A stretch of 64,000 nt of DNA from the NCBI RefSeq assembly GCF_009914755.1, contig NC_060930.1. The stretch is one strand, 5' to 3'. The position numbers and the translations under genes are program-made. Positions 30,166 through 42,758 of the stretch are shown here, one piece after another. The stretch's first letter is position 1. Every line of letters starts with the position of its first letter. The notes under the pieces are model-generated. The model saw only the letters and a program-made list of their open reading frames with translations. It searched no databases and had not been told where the DNA came from. The DNA comes from the human T2T-CHM13v2.0 reference genome, Homo sapiens.

Positions 30166-31789
30166 AACTATATAGGACATTAAGTCTTAGCTCTAATAAA
30201 TATTTCACTATACTGGATCTGATATCTCAATATATGAATCCTCCAGCAGTGTGTTCTCTCAGAAGTTGTAGTGCATTTTGAAGTTCTCATTTTCTTCTTT
30301 TCAATTTCACTTAAGTGCATAAAATCTATCTAATTAATCATCCAACATCATCTCTTTTGCTGTCAAATGAACATGATAAATGATAATAATTGCCAATGGT
30401 CTTATAATAATTTTCAGCTTTGAGTGAATTTAACAGGTTTGAAAATGTATCTGCCTATCCAGACTTGCTTCATTTGTTTAATTTCTTAGGAGTGAATGAC
30501 CGGGTGTGGTTATTTAGCAGGCTGATAAATCTGGGCACCTGCTTACAAGTGTCAAGTAATGGGTTCTAGGTACCATACAATTTGTGTGAAAGTTCATTAT
30601 ACTAAAAAGTAAGAACTGCTGCAAGTAAGAACTGAATTCTTCAATAATACCTACTTAAAGTAAATTAGTTATAGAATTAGTTTTAAAATAGATTATTTGG
30701 TGCCTCGGGCTTTAATTAAATGAAATGAAGGGCCCTGTTCAACCGCAGTGAAATAAAAATGTGAGCAGTGATATGGGAGTGTGTAGGAAGGGAGATATGG
30801 CCTCCATCACAGCTGGAGCATCTGGACTTGCAAATCACATTTCATGGGTCATATCGCTGTATATGTGAGGTACTCTAAAAAAGATCTGTGAATTTTAATA
30901 ATACTGCCTATAAATACTTGAACTTAAGATGTGTTAGAACTTCCAATTAAAATATTTGAATGAAGTGGAAAACTAAGGTTGGAAGTTTGTATCTGCCACA
31001 TGCATCTAATAGCGAGTCCACAGGCTTCTTATCACACGTGTCTCGGGGACATTTCTAGTTTTGAGCATTGTGAATGCATATACTCCGCTTTTCTTTCATC
31101 AGTTTCTTTCTCACTGTTCATCTTTCACAGTGCTTTCCACTATTTTGAGGGGTTGTGTTCCCCTAATTTTCATGTTTTAATGCCTTTTTCTTAATTTGTT
31201 ATAGATCTGGAAAGTGATGAAACTGTGTGAGAATTAATGGGAGAGTTATTCTTAGAGACATGTAGAGCTCTAGGCCAGGGGCTTTGAAGCTTTTAGCTGT
31301 TGCCCCAGAAACTACCAAGGAATCTGATGTCATGAGAATGAACGGCTTGAGCTACAAAATTAACCTACTTGATTTTAAGCTTCTTCAGGGTGGGATCACC
31401 TCTTATTCTGACTAGATGTTTATAATATATTTAAACCCTGATGTGATGCCACAGCACTGGTGCAGAATGAATGGGTTAGTTCTTGCTTCCATTATTTATG
31501 TTTGCCGTTTCCTCTTTTGTAGTGGGTTATTAATAAGCCAATAACTGACTGCAAGGTGTTTGAAGCCAGATATTTGACTCCTTTGTCTATATTGGTTAAA
31601 TAATATCAAACTGAAGGTATTCAAACACCCCTGAGAAACAGAATCTTTTCCTTTCAGTATCTAGTTATTGGAAGATACCCTCATTTTTATATGGCTTAAC
31701 TCTTGAACCCCTAGTACAAACAGAGGTGTGACTGGAAATACATTCTGAGTTAGAGATGGAGTCATCTGGTTTCCTAAACGTGGTCAAAG

Positions 31790-31960
31790 GAGAAGTGGGG
31801 CCACCAGGTGCTGCAGCCTGAAGCAGAGTTGCCCAGAGAGTCCAGCCTCGACCAGCCGAACCTCAGCCAATGCATAGATGTATGAGTGATAGTAAATGAT
31901 CATTGTTTAAAAGCACGAAGAGCTGATTGGTTTGATATGCAGCAACAGCTAACCAGTGAA
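31790..31960 (+). mobile_element. MLT1 (I/J-like) LTR 3' fragment
   Basis: CTGCAGCCTGAAGCAGAGTTGCCCAG..CCAGCCGAACCTCAGCC..ATGCAGCAACAGCTAAC. Confidence 0.7.
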
Positions 31961-32379
31961 GTTAGCTATTATTATTACTATTCTACTTTTAGGGGAAAAA
32001 AGTATTATTAGGGGAAAGAACAAAGGACTATTAAATAGGCTCCTTGAGCCAGGTGGTTTTGAATGTTGCTAAGCCCCCATCCCCAGTTTCCATGCAGTCA
32101 AAGCCCCGGGACTTCTAATGCTCTGGCAGCTGATGAGGCAGCTCCCCAGGCTGCCTCCTCTTTCCAGCATTCCTGCAATCAACTGTCATCCCTGTGGGTG
32201 TCACTTTCTAGGGAGTTCAAGGATCTGGGCTAATACAGAGCCAAATAGTAAAGGGAGGAAAAATACTTATAGGGTGTTTTGCATCCACTTTCTTTTTTAT
32301 TATTTCCTCTAAATTACGACCCTGCTGCAGTGGATGCTTTTGGCCCGAGAGTCAAGGCATTACATTCTTGAAACCTTTT

Positions 32380-32546
32380 CAGCACTTAGTTGGGTTTCTT
32401 TGTGTTGCTGCATCTCTAACTACAGTGACCTAATAGTACTTACCAGCACCCAACTTCCTTTCAGGGAGTCGGAGGGGATTAATGAGACAGTGTTTGCAAA
32501 GCACTCCGAGGCTCGCTGAGGGAAAAGGCACGTTAGTCATATAAAT
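32380..32546 (+). mobile_element. Ancient CORE-SINE (MIR1_Amn/MIR3-like)
   Basis: GGATTAATGAGACAGTGTTTGCAAAGCACTCCGAGGCTCGCTGAGGGAAAAGGCAC resembles the amniote MIR 3' end (TGTTTGTAAAGCGCTTTGAGATCCTCGGATGAAAGGCGC). Confidence 0.55.
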
Positions 32547-33165
32547 GTGGATATCTGGAGTTGGCACTCGTTTGTCCCTGTGTATCTATTTCACATAGTT
32601 TGGTATCTTTGAGGCAATAATTTGGAAGGCACAACCTCATGCCCTTCTCTTAGTAAAGGACGGCATTTTGCTTGGAGCCGAGATATTTTTTTCCACCCTT
32701 TTGGCCTTGCTGAGCTTTTTAACGATCACTTCCATGCTGCTTGTCTCTAATCTGCTGAGAGATGCTGTCGGTACAAACTGTACTGTGAGACTGTGAGAAA
32801 ATTACACCCCAACCCACATGGAAGCCCTGCTTTTGGTTCCAGCATGTCTGTTGGGACCGCTGTTAAGAATATGTGTCTAAAGAAGGAGCTCATTCTAATT
32901 CTTGGTGCACAGGTGAGTTAATAAGTGTGTGCATTGAGACCAAGGCTGATGTATCAAAGATGTGGCTCTCTATCACCTCAGGGGTGTTCTTAATAGTGGT
33001 GCCAGTTTTTTTTTCCCCTTTCATTTTCGTCAAAATGTATCAAGGGCTGTCATTGCTTCTCAAAGAAAGCACTTATTAATATGTATGAGGTAAGACTGTT
33101 CCTTTCTAAGAATTAACTTTACTCACAATCATTACATCCAACCATAATGCATAAGAAGAAAAAAG

Positions 33166-33168
<3 letters not shown>

Positions 33169-33204
<36 letters not shown>
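33169..33204. repeat. (AC)18 microsatellite
   Basis: Read directly. Confidence 0.97.
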
Positions 33205-33208
<4 letters not shown>

Positions 33209-33643
33209 CATAAACAGTAAAAGAGCACCACAGCTCTGAACTTCCCTGAGACAGAAAATGTCATATATTAATGCAAAATAAAATGCAGTCCCTTGCTTTT
33301 TATTTTCCTTTCTGAGGTGGTAGCATTTGCTAGATAATGATATTTTGTGTTTCTGAGTCCAAACGTGCTTCATTTTCCATGATATTTTGAGTGCATACCA
33401 ACAGCTAAATAATGGTATGTGAACACCATTAGAGCCCCATTTTAATCTATTTTAAACAGGTGACTCCAATTTGTCTTAAGCTATGACTTCTGTTTTATTT
33501 GTACCTGTTTTAACAGCTAGATGGTCAGCAATTCAAAACACCTGCTTTTCGGGCAGCTATATGAACTTACTATTTTTCATGAGTATTATGTTTTAAATTC
33601 CCCTTTGTTAAAACAGTTAATCTTGGAACATTTAGTTGGTTCT

Positions 33644-34020
33644 TAATATGGTTTGGCTGTGTTCCTACCCAAAATCTCGTCTTGAATTGTAATCTGAATT
33701 GTAATCTGAATAGTGCTGGGGTGACATCTGGTGGGAGGTAATTTAATCATGGGAGTGGTTACCCTCATGCTGTTCTCGTGATAGTGAGTGAGTTGTCAAG
33801 AGATCTGATGGTTTTATAAGGGGTTTTTCCCCTACTTCACTCTGCACTTCTTGCTGCCATCATGTGAAGAAGGATGTGTTTGCTTCCCCTTCTGCCATGA
33901 TTGTAAGCTTCTTGAGGCCTCCCCAGCCATGCTGAACTGTGAGTCAATTAAGCCTCTTTCCTTTATAAATTACTTCATCTCAGGTATGTCCTTATAGCAG
34001 CATGAGAGTGGACCAATACT
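33644..34020 (+). mobile_element. THE1C-like solo LTR
   Basis: TAATATGGTTTGGCTGTG start; ATGTGAAGAAGGATGTGTTTGCTTCCCCTTC; CCATGCTGAACTGTGAGTCAATTAA. Confidence 0.9.
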
Positions 34021-34249
34021 GTCATTTATTGAGAATTTACTGCCCGGAGGTACCTTGAGGGGTCACAGAAAAATTGACAATCTGGTTTTCATTCTGAGTA
34101 ACAATTATAGTAAACAATCCTTGAGAGTCTGCTATATGATGAATGAAGAAGGTATAAAAAAGCTAAGCCACTTTTCTAAGTGTCTCTCTCACCCTAGGGC
34201 CTTGGCTTACAACCAGCTGGGAAGACTAATGATTTCTTTCTTTGAGGTT

Positions 34250-34608
34250 AGTGTTAGTTTGCTAGGGTTGCCATAACAAGGTGCCACAGATGGGGTGGCT
34301 TAATCCACAGAATTTAATTTTCCCACGACTCAGGAGGCTGGATGTCAGGAGGGCTGGTTTCTTCTGAGGCCTCTCTCCTTGGCTTGCAGATGGCTGCTTT
34401 CTCATTGTGTCTTCACATGGTTATTTCTCTGAACCTATGTCCAAATTTCCTTTTCTTATAAGGACAGCGGTTATATTGGATGAGGGCTCACTCTAATGAC
34501 TTAATTGCTTCCTTAAGACCCTATCTCCAAATGCAGTCACATTCTGAGGCATTCGAGGTTAGGACTTTGACATAGGAATTTTGGGGAGACACAATTCAGC
34601 TCATAAAA
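34250..34608 (-). mobile_element. MLT1B-like solo MaLR LTR
   Basis: TTAGTTTGCTAGGGTTGCCATAACAA..CCTCTCTCCTTGGCTTGCAGATGG..GGGGAGACACAATTCAGCTCATAA. Confidence 0.9.
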
Positions 34609-35339
34609 GGGCTCACCAAAGATAAGTTTGGCTCACCAAAGATGAGTTTTTACAGATTCTTGTCTGCTCTTCCCTTATCTCAGCCAAGGCACAAGGGACT
34701 CTTTAAGATTGGGAGGAGTGAGGAGGCCTCTCTATCTGTTGGGGAAGCCTGAACTTTGAAAACTCAGTGGCCAGAACGAGACTTGGAGGATGCTTCCCTT
34801 ACACCCCGATATCCCTCCAAGGAGGCCTTGTGGCATGCGTGAGGGAAAGGGCTTGTGGAGGGCTGCTGAGTGGCTGCTTCCTCTTCTGTGCAACAAGCAA
34901 GTATCAGATGGCCTTGCTACTCGAGGGAGGAAAGGGGAAACATTGTAAATGTGCAAGGCAGGACAGGACAGGAGGAGAACCACCAGACAAATGAAATGCA
35001 AAACCAGTAAACCAGTTAATAATTCAAAAGCACCATGCTCTAGGGCTAGGCCTTTCCCTATAGCATCATCTCACTTATGCCTCGTCAACTGTTCAGTGGT
35101 CAGCTGTGGCTTCCAAGTCTATGTGCAGTAAAGGCCGATTTCAAATGGCATTTGTAACATTAACAGAGGAGGAGGCTTCAGCCTCCATTTAGTTTCCTTT
35201 TTTGCTATTCTTGTTTGTGCATAAAATAAAACAAAGCATAACAACATAAACATCAAAACCATAAGGAACCTCACATTTAATTTGTTTTCTTGCTTTCATT
35301 GCCCATTGGAGTCTCGGGGATTTCTTTGTTGGGTTGCTA

Positions 35340-35593
35340 ATGAGCTGGTGGAGAGAGGGTGGGACTGGGCTTTGGATGGTCTAGTTTCCGATGCCATTGC
35401 TGTCACTAAGAAGCTGAGTAATCTCAGAAAACTCACTTATGTTTTCCTTGCTTCATTGTTTGAACCTGAGAAATGAGACTTGTAATCCTTACCCCACAGA
35501 CAGGAGAATTGCCTCTGAATATTATGGTGAGGATTAAAGGAGGCAACAAACGGGAAGATATTATTAAACCTTAACATCAGAGTGCAGTTCAAG
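35340..35593 (+). mobile_element. MIR SINE
   Basis: GTGGAGAGAGGGTGGGACTGGG, CACTAAGAAGCTGAGTAATCTCAGAAAACTCACTTA, TGGTGAGGATTAAAGGAG. Confidence 0.65.
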
Positions 35594-36511
35594 TGAAAGT
35601 TCTCTTAAAACATTTTGCATCAAGTCCACAGAAGCTTTGTCTGCTTCCTAGTCTAGCTCCACAACCGTCACTCAGGATTAAGGATAGAGCACAGAAGTGA
35701 AGTTAGCATAAAGCCAGGTGAGTTCATGGGATCGAGATTAAGATAAGCGTCTGTGCTGTCACACTGCCAGGGTTTCCTGTGGCCAGGTCATCCGCATGGG
35801 ATGCAAGGAGACTTGCTGTAGGCAGTGACATCATTTCCCTCTGTATTTCTGGACCATACATCAGAGCAATACATTTCTATAATTTCTATCTATACATGCA
35901 AATTGAGTTATTTTCCTCATCGGTTGTTGTTTCTTGGAGGACGAATTTTCACTTTAATTTCTTTATTTCTTTCTGCTCTTATTCAAGGCTGGTGGAGTAG
36001 GGGGTAGGTTACAGGTGTTTGTCATCTTTCCAGTCTCTCCTCTTTCTTGGTTAGTGGGCAGATCTTTCCCCCCTCTATCCGCTTTTCTGTGTCAGCTGCT
36101 ATCGGGTCCATCCTTCCAGAGGAGGTGTTAATACAACCCTGCCAATTTTATCAGTTTGCTAAATAGTCATTCAGGAAAAGCCTTGGCAGGCTCCTTGGCA
36201 GGGAAGCCTTCACTGACGTTGAGTGGATCTCAGAACTGAGTCTCTGTTTGGTGGTGCCAAGTACCCAGCTGTGTGTGGAGACCTCTCTGTTCTCTTTCTT
36301 TCTGCCTTAGTGAGTTGTTACTCTGACCCTAGGCCTCTCCCCAAATCATTCAGAGTGGAGTAGATTGGGGATTCTAGTCTTTTCTGGAGCACCAGTAAAA
36401 GCTGTGCCCTGTAAGGATTTTGCCTTATTTCAGGAGCATCTGGGGGCACCAGGGAAACTGCAGAATGTAGGAAAGCCTCTGTGCTGCTCCAGCTCTGCCC
36501 TGGTTTTCCAG

Positions 36512-36553
36512 AATGTAATGGATGGTCAAGAGAGAAAATTAAAAGCTAATGAA
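36512..36553 (+). repeat. 42-bp dispersed direct repeat (probable inserted copy)
   Basis: Identical (42/42) to 39606-39647. Confidence 0.95.
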
Positions 36554-38809
36554 TGCCTCACTGACCTAGGACGGGCCAAGTCCCTGACCTTCCAAGGGTT
36601 CTCCTCTTTGAGGCTCACACGAGGCTTTTAGAAATTTCCAAATTGAACAAAAACCCTGGCACTCTGGTCTGATCTTGCTTCTTCTTCAGGAACCCAAAAT
36701 AGTGTGTTAGGAATTTCTGAGGGTCGAGGGATGATGTGACAATTGCTCTTTTCTGTTAGTCAAACTCGTATTGAAGTGGTATGTGGTGAAACGGGCAGCA
36801 CTTTAGATTATCCAACATTGCAGTTATCAGATTGCCTCTGTGATCCCTGCAGTCTGGTGGCGTGCATGTGTCCCTCTCCTCCCTCAAATTATTTCAAGGC
36901 TTGAGGTGAAACATGAGAAGCACAATCATCTATTATTTTCTCAACATCAAAATAATGATGTCAAATGATTACTTGGGCTAGAGTTTCCCAGTATCTAAAG
37001 AGCCATAAATTTGTCCATTTGAGGAACTGAGGCCACCAGAGAGCATGTCTGGTGGTTTGTAAATTCAACATTCCTATGATGATCAGTAATTCATTTATGA
37101 CTTCCCCCCTTGGGCACACTGCAGTAGAGAAACGATTACTCAACGGGTGAGATATTTAATATTCTTCACTCTCAAGTGTCAATGGCACAGCATTTTCTGT
37201 GGCTTCCTTTTCCAGAACTTCTTCATTTAGTTGAAAGGGAAAGCTACTCCCCTACTACTGAGTACTCAGTGGGATAGCTCTCCATGCCTGGGCCCTCGTC
37301 CCTGAATCAGTTGGAGAGAAATATTTCCTCTGATGGAAAGGCTTTGAAATAAATGGTAAAGGGACCCAAAGAGTAAGATTTTCTTTTCATGCTTTTTGGA
37401 AACTTTTTTTTTTGGTATTTATTTCAAAGACTTAAGTGTACTTTGGGGGGGCCCTAATCATCCTAAGCCCTGGGAATTTACTTCTCTGCAGCTGCTCCCC
37501 CTCCCCAAGCAGCCCTGCACGGAGCAAAATAATTGTCTGTTTCTGCAAGCAGCCTCCTGTGCAGATGGAGCCTGATTAGCATCAGCGCTTGCAGCAGTCC
37601 ACTGCTCTAACCACATTTGGAAATCCAGCCACTGAGAGAAATGTGGGCTTGACATTCATTAACATTCTTTGGCTCCCTGGGAAATACACATAATAGGGTA
37701 AAATTGCCATTAAGGAGAGCAACACTTGAGGGAAATATCTACTCAATAAAGACGGAGATTCTTCTCATCAACAGCTGAGGAAAAATCCAGTTGCCATAAA
37801 GGGTAAAAGAGACATCCTCTTAATATGAATGAAGATGACCAGAGTTCAGCAGGTTTGTAGTTCTAATGAGTCCGATCTTCCTGCACTGGATGGCAACTGG
37901 CTTATTGGTATGCAGATGTTTCTTGGGCATATTTTGGTCTCAGCAGACCCTAGAAAGAGCTTAATGATTTCTGTCCCCAGGGTTGTCTGTATTAACCTTA
38001 AGAAAAGGCACATACGGAAGGAAAACTCTTAGCACTGACATGGAACCCTTAAGTTAAAATTTTTTTTTTTTCCCCCTGAGTTGGAGGAATAATATTCTTC
38101 GGTATTCTCTTTTCTTGGAACTGGGGGTTCTTAGTGGAATACAAAGTAACCTATGCCATAGATAATTCTATCATTAGACCTAGGATTCACTTTTACATCC
38201 CTAGGGTAATTGGATCTGATTCTTTGGTCTTCATAGTCCTTTGAATTAGAATGATACTCTAGCAACCCTGTAGGATTGTGTATTGTATGTGTTGGAACTG
38301 ATAAAAGGGATTGTTATTAACATTTGGGAAGACTGTCCAAAGAGCTGCACTAACGGTGTTTTCAACAAACCTACATTTCTAGACATTTAAAAATTCTCTT
38401 TGAAGAGACTTGAAATGATCTCTGAGTTCATTCTTTACTATTGACATGGACTCAGGTGTAGGTTCATGACACAAAACCTTAAAGCCCATTTTTATTTTGT
38501 CCTCTCTTGACCAATGAAATGCTCCATTTGGTAGTTCTTGCAACTACTGTCCTTGACAATCAGCAGGGAGGAACAAGGCTCCTTGCTGAGTCTGTGTCTT
38601 GCATAAAATTATTGATGTATTGAATAAGTTATCTAAAACAGCAGGTTTCTTAATGTCAAGTTGAGCAGTTTTAAATTCCTGCCTGGAATGTAACACCAAT
38701 TTGTGCACCTACTATTTTGATTGTTTTATCTCCAAATGGCCTTAACTTGATGTTAGGCATCTGTACTGCATTTCAATTTTGTTGGAAGCAGCATCCTGTG
38801 CTCCTTATT

Positions 38810-39010
38810 AATAACAAGAATACCTGTGCTTGCATAGCAATTTATAATTTGTGATACATTTTTCCATATATTTTCTAACTTAATCCTCACAATGTGCCTA
38901 TGTGAAGGGTGGTTTTAACCTCATTTTTTAAGATGAGGAAACTGAGGCTCAGGGAATATATTGATGTATTCACAATGATTTATTTAGCAAAAACAGAAGT
39001 TGAACTTGAA
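38810..39010 (-). mobile_element. MIR SINE
   Basis: TTAATCCTCACAA..CTCATTTTTTAAGATGAGGAAACTGAGGCTCAG core. Confidence 0.85.
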
Positions 39011-39419
39011 GGTACAAGCCCTTTGTAGAATATGAGCTCCCGCTTTTTGTTGCAGTTCTTTTGCTATAAACTTTAATTTGTTTATGCAAAATCTGAGATA
39101 TTGCTTTAAATATCTGCAGCTAGATTTGGCTGCAGTGAGCAGAGTTTTGTATGTCTGCTGAACATTAAAATATACTGAGGCAGTAAGAAGCTTTTTTTTT
39201 CCTAGATAATTATCACAAGGAAGATTTTCTTAGTGGGCTCTAATGCTAATGCTCTTCTGAGACTGGGGTGCCTCAGTACTCAAATGCTCACACTGCATCA
39301 TTCTCCCTGGAGATTTGGTGCTGTTAAGAATGTGTTTCATTCTCTTCAGGTCCAATGACATGCCTTGTTTCTGTAGTGAAAAATAATCATCATCAAAATA
39401 TTTGAGTGCTATTTCAACT

Positions 39420-39975
39420 GAATATCACTTTTTAACATCAGCCTACAAACAAAACATTGAATATTAAACTATAGTTACAGAACAGAATGTGAATGCTATA
39501 AACCCTGTGAAGTGAAAGTAATGGTCAAGTTGACAGAAGTCAGGAGGTAGGAATAGATGGTAGGCAGGAGATGTGATGTAGGGTGGGGCTGTAATCTCTT
39601 CATCTAATGTAATGGATGGTCAAGAGAGAAAATTAAAAGCTAATGAAATAACATATGAAGGCTTAGAGATCTTATTTAAAGTTATAAAGTTAAGCAGTAG
39701 AAAAACTAAAAATAATAGTGCTAATAACACCTGTTGGGGAGGGAAAGGGAGAAAATATAATTAAGGTAATTTTCTCAGCTTTTGTATCACTGAGTCAAAA
39801 AGTTAATATCTATAATTGAGAAATCATGAAAGAGACATTGGACATATTTATGACCACCAATGACTAAACTGTGACTCCAAAGAGTAGCAGAACTCAGAAT
39901 GGGGAGTACGACAGAAAACTTTCCTTTTTTAAATATTCTGTATAATTTGATTTTTAAATAATGGATATTAGTGCT
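39420..39975 (+). mobile_element. Old L1 3' UTR fragment (L1MC4/L1MC5-like)
   Basis: ATAGTTACAGAACAGAATGT, and TAATCTCTTCATCT..GTCAAGAGA..TTATTTAAAGTTATAAAGTTAA..AGAAAAACTAAA, a unit repeated degenerately as in L1MC 3' UTRs. Confidence 0.6.
39606..39647 (+). repeat. 42-bp dispersed direct repeat (probable donor copy)
   Basis: Identical to 36512-36553. Confidence 0.95.
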
Positions 39976-40244
39976 TTTAAATTTTAATCAGTGGGACTTT
40001 GCTATTTCATTTCTGCCATAGACTGGTTGGTATATCATGAAAACCCCATGACTGTCTGAGCTGACAGATGGAGAAGGCAGGCCAGGCTTTGAATAGACTG
40101 GGGATTTGTGACTGAACCCTACATGGACTGACTGGCTGAGCCAGCAGACTCAGCAGAGACCCCAGTCATTAGATGTTGCCTGAGCCATGCGGTAGTAACA
40201 ATATGACACATCCACAGCCTGGACCAGGTGTCAGTAGAACACCT

Positions 40245-40360
40245 GTTAGTTGTGATTTCGCCAATAACTGGTTGTGTTACTGGGCAAGTTTGAGGCCTCA
40301 GTCTCCTCCTCAATGATCGTAAGCGTTCAATTCTAGACTTCCTCTAACACTGACTTTCTG
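40245..40360 (+). mobile_element. MIR3/MIRc fragment
   Basis: GCCAATAACTGGTTGTGTTACTGGGCAAGTT..GGCCTCAGTCTCCTC. Confidence 0.55.
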
Positions 40361-41549
40361 TTTTTCTATTATTCTCCTTGTCTTATTTTTATTTGTAAGA
40401 TATGTATAGTTATAAATCTTTTGAACCTAGAATCACAACCCTGGGTACATGATCTAAGAGGCTACTTCAGAATAATATCTTCTCTCTAGGAACGATCTTT
40501 GTGTTACCCAACAGCCATCAATCATGGTTATGTCCTGAGTACTGTTAATCTGACTTAAGAATGTGTTAGTTTATCACTAATAGATTTCTTAATTAAATTA
40601 CTGAAATGGTTCAAAAGAGTTCAAGCTTTTGGGAATAGGATTTAAAGCACATTCTCTTCCATCAGTTTTTACAATTTGAGCTACTTATTACTGATTTAAG
40701 GTGTTTTCTGAATGTGTTGTTAAATTTCCTTAAAGCAAGCAGGAAGTTAAAACTTTACAGAGAGCTCAGTTTCATTGCTTGATCATATGTGGCAAAGTAG
40801 CTTTGCTTTACCCTGTATTTGAATTGATCCAGTCACATTTTCCTCTAACTTTTTTCCTGTCATCAGTTGATATTTTCAGTAATAAATTTAATACATAAGA
40901 AGGTGAAAAATGAGTTAACATTTTTCCATGTTGTTTCTTTGCTTCTAGGTAATCAAGTAATCAAGTCTTAGATCAATTCTTTGAGAGTTTGCACTAAGAT
41001 GAGGAAAGCCAAGCCCAGTGAGAACGATGTGATGTATATCAGGAGACTTATTTTCCCCTAAGTTTATTGGGTCTTTTGAAGTTTTATTAGGTTTGCAAGG
41101 TTGCTTACTGCAGTGACTTGGGAGATACAAGCTGGCCAGAGTACCTTTCCAGATAATAAAAGACTGCATTGCTTGGGTTTTTGACTGCAACTTGGGTTGC
41201 TGAAAACTGTCCTGCTCATTCACTGAGTGACGCTGGTTTCATTCCAGCAATTCTAGTTGAATGGGCATTGGTGTGTACGTCATTTAACTGCTCTTTTCTT
41301 GGTATTTTGTCTCCCTTGATACTTAGCTTCCCAGAGAGCCAACTCCTAGTAGATCTTCAGACTGAAATGTCAGCTGGGGCCAGAGTATGAGAGGCCTACT
41401 GGAAAGCCCTAAACCATTCAGAACATGGGGCTGAAGAGGACAGAGGTCAGGTCAGAGGAGGCGGGCCAAGGTTGAAAAATGGTTCTACAGGGAACAGGAG
41501 TGGAAAATGGATTAAGGTGAAGGAGGGGGTAAGAACCAGTACAAATAAC

Positions 41550-41720
41550 TGTGTGCTAAGCCATTTATATACAGTAACACTCACAGTAACACTCTAAGTT
41601 AGATATTAAAAGTGCTACACCTAGATCTGGGGAGAGTAATTTGCCCAAGATCACGCAGTTAAGTATTGAAGTCAATATTTGAACTCAGTTCTGTCTGAAT
41701 CCAAAGCTCTTACTCAATTC
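41550..41720 (-). mobile_element. MIR SINE
   Basis: GTAATTTGCCCAAGATCACGCAGTTAAGT..TTTGAACTCAGTTCTGTCTGAATCCAAAGC. Confidence 0.8.
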
Positions 41721-42758
41721 TGTTTTATCATTCTGCCTCCCATTGGAGACAGGCAACTGGGTGTTTAATAAAACACTCCTGTGTACTGAGATGCAGGTTG
41801 CAAATATGAGTTGGTTTTTTTCCCAAAGACATGTAATCTCACTCATGCTTACATAGCTGCCTGTACAACTTGCAGCATCAAGCCTCCATTTGCAAGCAAG
41901 AAACATGGTCTGGGTTGGAATGCCTGGATGGGACTGTGAAGCAGGCTGAGAAGGGATAACTTCAATTCCCTTCTACCCCATTACAAAGCTTATCTTTATA
42001 GCACAAGAAATACTTGCTTCTCTGGAGACTAAGGATGCTTTGTTCCTATTTTCTTCTTCATTTTAAAAATGAAATGAAAATATCCCATTAAAGGGAAGTT
42101 CCTTATTTCTAACTGTTGAATGCCATGGTACTTAATTTCAGCTTGTTAAATTTAGGGTCTTGAAACAAAATCCCACACATAAATGTTCTCTGGGCCCATG
42201 GCATTTCCATTTGATTGTGAATTGGATTAATTTTTATGTATCTTAAGCTCTTGCCTCTCATTCCTTTTTGTTTTGAGATACTTAAACAAATGTTGATGGT
42301 TATGGTTGGCTTAATAAGCTGCCTCAGTTATGTAAATGATTTCTGTTAGTTATGTTATTGCTAGTTGAAGATAGCTTTAAGTTTTCTGGCATATTTTTGG
42401 GACTTACTAGTAAAGCATTACTGATACCTTTTAACATTCTTTTGCTTCTTCAGGCATCAAGTTGACCTTTTTTCTAGCTCCCTTTAGCCCTACACTTCCT
42501 TTTTGAATCTACTGTTTGCTTGACATGAAAAATGAACTTACAAAATTATAGACCCAGTGGCCTTTTCTTAGTCTTCATTCTTCTTGGCCGCTCTGCTGCA
42601 GTTGACACTACTGCCTCCTCCTTTTTCTTGAAATGTCTTTCTCCTTTGGCTTCCATGACACTCTATTTCCTGGTTCTTTCTCTCCCCTCTGACTTTACTT
42701 TCTGCTCTTCATCCTCTCTACAATCTTTACTACAGACTCGTGCTTTATAGTGCTGAAA

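Noticed and set aside
34451-34464. TTTTCTTATAAGGA shared between MLT1B and the 65-bp repeat
   Set aside because: Only 14 AT-rich bases; similarity does not extend convincingly.
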